Source of the DNA: Gammaproteobacteria bacterium
GTDB lineage: Bacteria > Pseudomonadota > Gammaproteobacteria > Natronospirales > REEB76
Assembly: GCA_049591455.1 (NCBI GenBank)
Contig: JBAWFA010000004.1
Coordinates: 287,135 to 351,134 of the forward strand
Direction: 5' to 3'
Length of the DNA stretch: 64,000 nt
Made by a program: the position numbers and the translations under genes. The notes under the pieces were generated by a model, which saw only the letters and a list, made by a program, of their open reading frames with translations, had not been told where the DNA came from and searched no databases. Below, piece by piece: positions 22,460 through 29,900 of the stretch. How positions within the stretch are numbered: the first letter of the stretch is position 1; each line of letters starts with the position of its first letter.

Positions 22460-22601
22460 GGATATTAGAGGCTACCCCTGCTGAGGTAGCGCAGCTCAGA
22501 ACCGAGGTCTCTTGCGGCATTTTAAGCGGCCGGAGGCGCCGGGTCGCCTAGCCGCGCCAGCTTCGTGTATATTTCTTCAGACAAAGCAAGGAGTTAGGAA
22601 C

Positions 22602-23123
22602 ATGAAACCGTTATTTGCATTGATCGTGTGCAGTTTGATGCTGGTAGGGTGTTCGACATTGAACAAAGAAGATACCGGTAACGGCGTAGTCTTTGCTCCG
22701 GATGTCGGTGTGAACATATACCAAGGCCCAGATGACAAGGGGATCCTGTTGACACGGCTCACTACGGCGTCAACTGGATATTGGAGTTATGTATCACCGG
22801 GGTTCGAAATGTTCACGGCTGAATATAGCAACGGACGCGGTGGCGATGCGACTGAATCAATAAATGTATCCGCTGGCAAAGTGTATTTCTTCACACTCAC
22901 TCAGATCCCTGGAATGAATACGCCGGACGTGAAGATCAGCCGGGTCGATGCCATTCCTGGGGTGGTTATTCCGCCAACCCATGCGGGGATGGCAAGTGTG
23001 TATTTCGTATATCCAGACAACATTGCATTGCAGTCGATAATTAAACGACAGAGAAGCGAGGATGCCCTGCGCCAACAGCTTGGCTGCACTGATGAGCAGA
23101 TGCGGATGGGAACCTGCCAATAG
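22602..23123 (+). CDS. Lipoprotein, prophage-end cargo (moron), possibly DUF2846-like
   Basis: An ATG after the GGAG-containing spacer gives MKPLFALIVCSLMLVGC|S with a lipobox. It is the only plus-strand gene at this end and is visibly more A/T-rich than its neighbours. Confidence 0.6.
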   Translation: MKPLFALIVCSLMLVGCSTLNKEDTGNGVVFAPDVGVNIYQGPDDKGILLTRLTTASTGYWSYVSPGFEMFTAEYSNGRGGDATESINVSAGKVYFFTLTQIPGMNTPDVKISRVDAIPGVVIPPTHAGMASVYFVYPDNIALQSIIKRQRSEDALRQQLGCTDEQMRMGTCQ

Positions 23124-23146
23124 CGCTTAATACGCACCAGTTACAA

Positions 23147-23488
23147 CTATTCTGAAGCGTCGGCCTCGGCGCGCAGCATAAGCTCAAGCCGCGCCAGTGC
23201 ATTCCATGCGACTTGGGCAGCATGCAGAAAATGGCTGTCTGCATCGACCGGGCCGTCTATCTCTGCCAAGTGTCGGCCGAGCGCATCCGTGTAACGCTGA
23301 ATCCCGTTCGGAACGCTCGACCATCCATGCCAGCTGTATTTGCGAGCGCCAAACTCCGTCACGCGCGCCACCTCCGCGCATGCCAGAGGGAAGTGCTGCA
23401 GCAATCCACTCACGATCGGGGATTTGCCCCCATCGAGCTTCGCGCCAGGCGTCGCCGGCGAGAGGCCGTGCGGATCCTGTTCTGTCAT
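23147..23488 (-). CDS. DUF5664 / dATP-dGTP diphosphohydrolase N-terminal-like domain protein
   Basis: Pattern KLDGGKSP..LACAEVARVTEFGARKY..W..RYTDALGRHL....D..SHFLHAAQVAWNALARLEL matches the phage DUF5664 signature as I recall it. Its ATG overlaps the o-spanin stop. Confidence 0.5.
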   Translation of the reverse strand: MTEQDPHGLSPATPGAKLDGGKSPIVSGLLQHFPLACAEVARVTEFGARKYSWHGWSSVPNGIQRYTDALGRHLAEIDGPVDADSHFLHAAQVAWNALARLELMLRAEADASE

Positions 23489-23805
23489 GACGCCGGCGGC
23501 GCGATCGAGCTGGCAGCGGTCGGTGCTTTTCCAGCCTCACTTCTTATTTTGTCGAGCTGCTGATTGCACGCCATCAAATCGGCGAGTGTCTCCTGCTGCA
23601 ATAGCAACAGATCGCCATTCGTAACCGGTGTGCCACGTGGAACCAGACACGGCGCGAGATCAGCAGCCGGTATCGGCTGGTACTGGATTAGTGTGGCTCG
23701 CACTATTTGGGGTGGCGCTGACACCGGCACAGAACTGCAGGCCTGCAAGAGCGCCAGCAGGAATACTGACGCCACTCCAAGCCGCCACGGTCGGATTCTC
23801 TTCAT
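23485..23805 (-). CDS. Outer-membrane spanin (Rz1-like lipoprotein), overlapped architecture
   Basis: The internal ATG at 23805 gives MKRIRPWRLGVASVFLLALLQAC|SS (lipobox) and a Pro-rich mature part. It starts inside the i-spanin gene in another frame and extends past its stop. Confidence 0.6.
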   Translation of the reverse strand: MKRIRPWRLGVASVFLLALLQACSSVPVSAPPQIVRATLIQYQPIPAADLAPCLVPRGTPVTNGDLLLLQQETLADLMACNQQLDKIRSEAGKAPTAASSIAPPAS

Positions 23806-24118
23806 TGGCTTTGATCCTCGCAGTGAGAGTTGAAACGGTTGTGGCAAGCGCCAGCTGGCGCGCCCTGGCATCGGCTACTGCCTGATTCGCGGCCGTGACA
23901 GCCGCTTGCAGCTGCACCTGCGTGGCCGCATCAGCCTGAGACTGCGCTTGAGCCGCGGCCTTCGTGGCCGTGACCATTGCTTGAGCTTCGGCCGCCATCA
24001 GCGCATTCACCTTCGCGGTGCCGGCGAGCTTGCCGGTGTGCACGCCATACAAAAATGCACCGATGACGATGAGAGCGATGACGCCGAGCCCAGCCAGGTA
24101 TTTGTAAACGGCGCTCAC
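23660..24118 (-). CDS. Inner-membrane spanin (Rz-like)
   Basis: GTG start, an N-terminal TM segment (YLAGLGVIALIVIGAFLYGV) and a long Ala/Gln-rich coiled-coil periplasmic domain. A lipoprotein gene is embedded in it. Confidence 0.65.
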   Translation of the reverse strand: MSAVYKYLAGLGVIALIVIGAFLYGVHTGKLAGTAKVNALMAAEAQAMVTATKAAAQAQSQADAATQVQLQAAVTAANQAVADARARQLALATTVSTLTARIKANEENPTVAAWSGVSIPAGALAGLQFCAGVSATPNSASHTNPVPADTGC

Positions 24119-24282
24119 TAAAACACTTCCTTCAGGAAGCTCTTGACCTTCGCGACGAAGGCAGCGGCACCAGTCACGGGCTGCCCGGTTGAACTAGTGG
24201 CAGGCGTGCTTGCCGCGGTGGTGCCGCTCTTGGCCACTTTGTAGGCGGCGTAGGCGACCAGGATGATGAGGGCGATTTTCAT
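24118..24282 (-). CDS. 54-aa single-TM protein (hypothetical, lysis-region)
   Basis: MKIALIILVAYAAYKVAKSG.. Only the C-terminal 54 codons of track ORF 24118..24663 look coding. Its stop overlaps the Rz GTG by 1 nt. Confidence 0.4.
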   Translation of the reverse strand: MKIALIILVAYAAYKVAKSGTTAASTPATSSTGQPVTGAAAFVAKVKSFLKEVF

Positions 24283-24293
24283 TTGCGATTCTC

Positions 24294-24590
24294 CTAGTGG
24301 GTTGCGAAGTTGTGGGCGAGGATGAGTGCGCCGGCGCCACCACAGACGGCCGAGAGGCCGCCTCCGAAAGCGCCGGCATCGAACGGCTGCTTGAGCACGA
24401 GGACTGCCCAGGTCTGGATAAACAGGTAAGTCAGGACCGCAAGCGCGCCGAGCACGCGGCTCAAATCCGTGGTGCCGTCCGCCTGGACGAACATCTGGCC
24501 GTGGGCAATACCCTTGAGTGGCGCGATCGTGAATCCCTTCACGATCCCGATAGCGCCGCTGCAGAGGACTTTGAGGCGATCGAACATCAC
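24294..24590 (-). CDS. 98-aa two-TM membrane protein, holin candidate
   Basis: Hydrophobic segments VLGALAVLTYLFIQTWAVLVL and GGGLSAVCGGAGALILA. Lies just upstream of the spanins. Its ATG overlaps the stop of the previous ORF. Confidence 0.4.
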   Translation of the reverse strand: MMFDRLKVLCSGAIGIVKGFTIAPLKGIAHGQMFVQADGTTDLSRVLGALAVLTYLFIQTWAVLVLKQPFDAGAFGGGLSAVCGGAGALILAHNFATH

Positions 24591-24871
24591 TGCGCCTGAG
24601 TCGCCGGCAATGTACGGACAGACACCCCAACTGAGCCACTCCCATCAGACTCGGCATGCCCATCCGCAGCCACTACCAGCACGTGGCCGCTCGGAACAGT
24701 GAGTGAGGCAGCGAGTGCCTGGGCAGCTGTGGCGGCCGCGGCTGTCTGCGCCGGGGTCGCCTGCGGACTCTTATCGGCGACGGTTGAATGATTGAACAGT
24801 TTCTCGATATCGGCCTTAATGGCTTCGATATCCTTTTCGATGACAATTTTGATGCTATGTGACCAACTCAT
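24587..24871 (-). CDS. Hypothetical protein (94 aa)
   Basis: ORF in the operon frame chain with an Ala/Thr-rich centre. No motif recognised. Confidence 0.35.
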   Translation of the reverse strand: MSWSHSIKIVIEKDIEAIKADIEKLFNHSTVADKSPQATPAQTAAAATAAQALAASLTVPSGHVLVVAADGHAESDGSGSVGVSVRTLPATQAQ

Positions 24872-24905
24872 GACTGTTTGCTCCTGTGGTTGAAATAAAT
24901 TCTGT

Positions 24906-25136
24906 CTATTGCTTGCACGGCTGCTGCATCAGCCAGTCCACGTTGCGCCTGAGATCCACGATCTGCTCGCGTGTGACCGCACTCGCGGCGACGTAGGCTG
25001 AGTGGTTCGCCGCCTGCGCCTCTTTCTGCGATTCGTAGCCTGAATAGAGTGGATACAGCGCACCAAGGATCCCGAGCGCGCCCGCGATCGCCGCCATGCT
25101 TGGCCAGTGGCTCATGAAGGTCCGGCGCTTTTTCAT
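24906..25136 (-). CDS. Hypothetical single-TM protein (76 aa)
   Basis: MKKRRTF.. followed by a TM segment MAAIAGALGILGALYPLY. Confidence 0.4.
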   Translation of the reverse strand: MKKRRTFMSHWPSMAAIAGALGILGALYPLYSGYESQKEAQAANHSAYVAASAVTREQIVDLRRNVDWLMQQPCKQ

Positions 25137-25151
25137 CTTGCATGGACCGGG

Positions 25152-25688
25152 TTAAAGCACGAGCCAGCTGAATAGAGCGATCCCGGTGATTCGAACCAGC
25201 GACGCCGTCACGCACAGTGCATAGCTCTTTTCCTCAAGCGCCGTCTGTTGAGGCGCAAAGCGGTTCCAGAGCACGGCACTGATGGGCGCGGCCAGCGCGA
25301 GCCAGAGCCAGGGCGAATGCAGGAAATAGTCTGTCTCGGCCAGGGTTGCGCAAACGAATGCCAGGCCGGCCGAAATCACATGGATCCGTTCAAGCGTGGC
25401 GGCTTCGGATGGCTGCGACAGCATGAGCCACTTTGTGGCCACCACCACGATGATCGACGCCGCACACACGATCAGTGAGATCAGCCAGGGCAGCCCGGCG
25501 TGTAGTGGGATCAGCAGCAGCATGCACAAGGCGAGGCCTAGGAAGGATGCACTCTGCAGTTTCCCGTAGGGACCGGTCAGGTAACTCGACATCGGCGCGC
25601 TGATCGGGTTCAGGGTCTTGTTCATCGCCTCCGCGTAGACGTTCCCGAAGATGAAAAACAGCACAAGTGCGAATCGCAGGATGTTCAT
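25152..25688 (-). CDS. Polytopic membrane protein (178 aa, hypothetical)
   Basis: Internal ATG 25688 gives MNILRFALVLFFIFGNVYA.. plus about 4 further hydrophobic helices. The upstream track extension is Arg/Ser/Cys-rich and unlikely to be coding. Confidence 0.5.
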   Translation of the reverse strand: MNILRFALVLFFIFGNVYAEAMNKTLNPISAPMSSYLTGPYGKLQSASFLGLALCMLLLIPLHAGLPWLISLIVCAASIIVVVATKWLMLSQPSEAATLERIHVISAGLAFVCATLAETDYFLHSPWLWLALAAPISAVLWNRFAPQQTALEEKSYALCVTASLVRITGIALFSWLVL

Positions 25689-25698
25689 GGATGGATCC

Positions 25699-26178
25699 TC
25701 ATTGGTTGGAAATGGTGAGTGTGTGGCCCGTGGCGTTTTCGATATCGCCGTCAGTGGCCAGTACCTGGACGATGGCCGTGAGCGCGTCGTCCGATGACAG
25801 CACTGATGCCAGCAGCCCTTTGCCGATATCGAGCAGTCCGCGCGCGAGGCCTGGCGCGATACAGCCTTCGAGCTGCCATGCCTGGTTGGCCGAGTGGATC
25901 TCGCAGCAGCTGCGCGCTGTGACGCCGGTGGGCACCAGTGACGGATAGGCATAGATGCCGAGCGCCGGATTGTGCAGGCACCAGGTCCAGCGCCCGTGCC
26001 TGGGTGAGTAGTAAGGCATCAGAACGTAGACGCCCACGGGCACGCAGGACTGATCGGGTTCGTTATCGGCCCATGGCAGTTCCATGGTGTATATCGGCGG
26101 CAGCGGTGCATCGGTGATGCTGAATTTGCCCTGGGCGCAGTCGATGCTCCGTAGATCCCGGATGAGCTGTGCTTGCAT
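25699..26178 (-). CDS. DUF5675-like protein (candidate non-canonical cell-wall hydrolase)
   Basis: MELPWADNEPDQSCVPVGVY...CCEIHSANQAWQLEGCIAPG matches the DUF5675 pattern (LPW.dN....SCIP.G.Y ... IH.gN....eGCI..G) as I recall it. The His..GC dyad resembles the YkuD fold. Confidence 0.45.
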   Translation of the reverse strand: MQAQLIRDLRSIDCAQGKFSITDAPLPPIYTMELPWADNEPDQSCVPVGVYVLMPYYSPRHGRWTWCLHNPALGIYAYPSLVPTGVTARSCCEIHSANQAWQLEGCIAPGLARGLLDIGKGLLASVLSSDDALTAIVQVLATDGDIENATGHTLTISNQ

Positions 26179-26188
26179 GGATATCTCC

Positions 26189-26611
26189 CTAGGGGTGGAT
26201 GATGCCTTCGCGGACGAAGAGCAGCGTGGTTACCACGATCCAGATCAGGGTCAGCGCTGACCAGAAGCCGATCCCGCGATTCACCCACTTCTGCGCAAAT
26301 TCCTTGGTCTTGACGATGCTGACTTCGATTTGTGCATGTGCCTGTTCATCGGCCTTTTCATGCTCATCGTGGCGACGGGTCAGTGCATCGATTGAAGCGA
26401 ACGCGCGCTGCAGGCCTTCGGACTGTGCCTTCTGCTCTCCCTGCAGCCTGATGATCTCGCCGAGCTGTCCACGCATGGCTTCCATCGTTCCTTCCTGTCG
26501 CTGCATGGTCATCACCAGTTGCTCATTGGTCTGACGAATGCTTTGCAGGGATAACTCACAGGCTTGCAGGCGTCCTTCCATATCGATTGCTCGAACGGTT
26601 TTGATGTTCAC
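26189..26611 (-). CDS. Coiled-coil protein with C-terminal TM anchor (hypothetical)
   Basis: GTG start, heptad-like Q/E/R-rich helix, and a C-terminal WSALTLIWIVVTTLLFV. Confidence 0.4.
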   Translation of the reverse strand: MNIKTVRAIDMEGRLQACELSLQSIRQTNEQLVMTMQRQEGTMEAMRGQLGEIIRLQGEQKAQSEGLQRAFASIDALTRRHDEHEKADEQAHAQIEVSIVKTKEFAQKWVNRGIGFWSALTLIWIVVTTLLFVREGIIHP

Positions 26612-26623
26612 CGTCGCCTCCTG

Positions 26624-26983
26624 TCAGGGTTGTGAAAGATACGCGCGCTCAGCCGCGCATTCCGCCGCCAGGCCGTCCTCATTCGTGAGGACCGCGTTGA
26701 GGGCTTCCTGTTTGATCGCGGCCGGGTTCGTAGAACCATCGATGAGACTCATCTTCGGGCAGCCCGCGTGTATATGCACCACGATGGGCTGCCCTTCGCT
26801 GTTCAGGATGGGCTTGCCGGCCGCATCCACGGCGCGCGCCGTGGCTTTCCACGAAAACATATGCGGTGCTGCGTGTTCGCCTTTCTTGAAGCGCACGGCT
26901 GCAAGATCACCGGTCGAGAGCTTATAGCCGGTCTCACCCGGGTTCATGTTGGGGATGGTGGCTGCTTCAAAAGTGATGCTCAT
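26624..26983 (-). CDS. Hypothetical protein downstream of tail fibre (119 aa)
   Basis: Internal ATG 26983 (MSITFEAATIPNMNPGE..), 8 nt after the fibre stop. No motif recognised. The position suggests a fibre accessory or chaperone role. Confidence 0.4.
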   Translation of the reverse strand: MSITFEAATIPNMNPGETGYKLSTGDLAAVRFKKGEHAAPHMFSWKATARAVDAAGKPILNSEGQPIVVHIHAGCPKMSLIDGSTNPAAIKQEALNAVLTNEDGLAAECAAERAYLSQP

Positions 26984-26990
26984 GGGGACC

Positions 26991-29900
26991 TCACGGTTTA
27001 CCTGCTCCATTGTGCAGAATCGCGCCGTCTCTATAGGCAAGGAAGGCATGCGGCTCCGCGACGTTCAGAATGATCTTCTCCGATTCATCTGTGAAAGGTT
27101 CGATGCTTTGTACGATGAGTCCGCGCGCGAGGGCATCGCCTGGCTTCAAATTGTGGGCGCGTATCCACTTCCCTTCTGCATCCAGGAAGGGCTGCGTTTC
27201 CGTCACGAAGTAGGCGTGACGATCTATCGTGATTTTGAGCCACGTGCTGCACGGCTCACGAGAGAGACTGAGGATTGGCGCGGTGCCATCGGGCGTCAAT
27301 ACTTCGTCACCAACAACCAGTTGGTCTGCAAGTTTGAATGGAGCCTCAACTGTGACAACGGGTTGGTAGGGATGCAGGCAGCCACCTGTACCGCCGCTGC
27401 CACCGGAACCGCTTGCCGGGGTTTCCCAAAACCCGAGATAAACCGTGTCCGGGCTGCCAGTCAGTGAACTGATCTTGCTGGTGCTGGCATTGAGCGTGGC
27501 TGAGCCGCCCTGGAATCCGGGATCAATGTAGTACAAATAATAGGTGGTGCTGGCGGTCAGGCCGGATACGCTGCTCGAGTTGTACGAAACATTCCCGGTG
27601 CCACTGCCCCCCATTTCAAGCGTGCAGGCGCTTGCTGTTATCTTATTGGGATTCGGTGAGGTAAGTGTCAGTCCTGAAATGTAGTACCCGACACCCGCGC
27701 TTGTAACCGCGCGAACGGTGGTCGCGGAACCAAGTTGCGCGCCTCCACCATCAATGACCGTCTGCGTTCCAGTTCTAAGCGTTGGGTTCTTCAGGGTCGC
27801 TGTGCCGCCGGAGGCGCCCCCATTCACAACGACGCGGAAGGCGCCGTAAGCGGTGCCACTCGGGCAATTGTATGAAACTATGGAAGTAACCCCGTCGGTG
27901 CTAGTAGCGGTTGGAAAAATGGAGGAGATGAATGTTTCCTTGTCAGCTTCGTAGAACAAAAGTTGAGGATAGACAGTCGCGGTGCCAGTTACCGCCGTCA
28001 AATTCACAGAGATGGAAACAGGCGTGTTTGGATTCATTGGGAAAAATGCCGTGTTTCCCTGGTCGTCAGTTGCAGTGAGAGTGGGGCTTCCGGATGCTGC
28101 GGCTGTAATGTCAATCTTGGGTGAAGTCAACGTGAAGGAGGCACTACAGGTCCAATAATCCATCGTTGCAAGCGTGGCGTTCTTGAGCAGGTTACTGTCC
28201 CAGGTGACCTGCGTGACCATGGTGATGTTTGTAACATCGGAGTTAGGGCTTGCCTGTGACCAGAAATTCGTGGCTGTGACGTAGTACCAATACTCGGTTT
28301 CGTACTCAGCTGAGCTGTCCAGATAGCTGTCGCCCACGACATTCGCGATCGCCGTGAAGCCGGAACTGCTGGAGGTGCTGCTGCGATAGACTGTCTGGTA
28401 ATCGAAGGTGTTCGGCGCCGGGCTTGTCCAATTAAGCAGGATGCCTTTGGCGGAACTGCTGGAAGTCAGACTGGAGGGTGCCCCCGGCGCGCTCGGGGTG
28501 ATGTCATAGAGCTCCTGGTAATCCGGTGTGTTGTAGGCCTGGTAAACGCCGTCGGGTGTTGACGGTAAGGTGTAGGTCCCGCTATTTTCCTGCACCAGCA
28601 TCATCTTGATGGTGTAATTGGTATTGTCGAGCCTGTATTGCATGATGCGGAACGGGGCATCCGAGAGATTCAGCTCACTGATATTCACCTCGATGACATC
28701 GCCGCCCTTGAAGTTGAGCGCTTTGAGGTTGCAGACCAGGTTCAGAACCTGCTTGTTGCGGGTCTTTTTAAGCGCGATGCGCTCAAGGATCTGGCACTGA
28801 AACTGGTTGTTGCAACCCGGGATCGTGTCGCTCACCCACAGCCGCACATTGCCATCATCCGCTTCGTAGGTTGAATTCGTCAGCGGCGCGCCCTGTGCCT
28901 GGTTGTAGTCCTGCTGCGGCTCCTGTCCATAGGTGAACTTCACGGCATTCCCCATTTGCGAGCGTTGGATCTGTGGCGAGTAGCCAGCGGATCCGGCCAG
29001 GAATGTCTCATCCAGCGTTCCGCTGGAGGTGGTCGTGGCGCCGGCATACATGTAGATCTGACCGCCGGAAACGACAATGAAGCCCGCCATGGTCTTCAAG
29101 ATATCGGCCACGTTTTGATCACAGTTCTGGTTCGTCTGCACCGCCATGTTGCACGAATAAGTGCTTACATCGACGGTGGTGGACCAGGCGCCATCAGAGA
29201 ACGTCGCGCCATAGGCCGGCACCGAAACTTCTTCATCACAGATGTTCGCGGCCGCGGCCACGCAAGCCCAGTTCACCTGGGAGTTGATGACGCTTGAACC
29301 TGAATAGGTGCCGGGGCTGTATCCACACCCACCATCATTCTTCAGCCGTGTCAGATAGTCGGCCAGGATCAGTGCGGGGTTGCTTGAGAAGGCCCACGTC
29401 GTCGTATCGGTCAACCGCTGTGAGCCGCTGCCACCGTTGTCCGAATCAAGCCGCGGGTCGTAGAGCAGCTGTCCGGCAATGACGACCTTGAGTGTGCCCG
29501 GCGTGTTCAGACCGTTCGGGAAGGCACCGGTGAAGGTCCCCTGGTCGGCCGACATGAACAGTACCCAGGTGCTGTAGGAGATCCCGTACCCGATGAAGGT
29601 ACTGGCGACATCAAGTTCGGAGGTAAGAATAGGATCAGCGGTCGTTTGTGAGCCATCGCTGAAACTCATCCACAAATTACCGGCTAGATTATTCCATGGT
29701 TCGTTGGAGCCGTCGTCCACGCCCTGTGTGATTGAACAGGCGCCCGTACCGCTCGCCTCCCCACGTCCCGCATTCCAGCCGCCGAATGAGTCATCTGTCA
29801 GCAGCGGGACAAACACATCGTTGATATAAAAGCCCTGGATGCCCTCCACCGGCATCCCAGCGGTGCCGGCTGAGTTCTGGCGCGTGAGGCTGTGGGCAAT

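Noticed and set aside
22460-22551. A tRNA-like or independent small gene next to attL (GGCTACCCCTGCTGAGGTAGCGCAGCTCAG), together with the 120-aa track ORF 22189..22551.
   Set aside because: It cannot be folded into a cloverleaf. The ORF spans the host-phage junction and is Arg/Pro-rich. Its 3' part makes sense only as the continuation of int in the excised form.
24118-24663. 181-aa track ORF covering the holin-candidate region.
   Set aside because: Its N-terminal 127 codons are Arg/Pro-rich and overlap the better 98-aa membrane ORF (24294..24590) in another frame. Only the last 54 codons (24118..24282) look coding.
26991-27380. A true (splicing) intein inserted in the tail fibre.
   Set aside because: The Hint-like module is terminal. 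Only five residues follow the His-Asn and the +1 residue is Gly rather than Cys, Ser or Thr. There is no homing endonuclease insert. It is therefore a BIL/Hedgehog-type autoprocessing domain at best.
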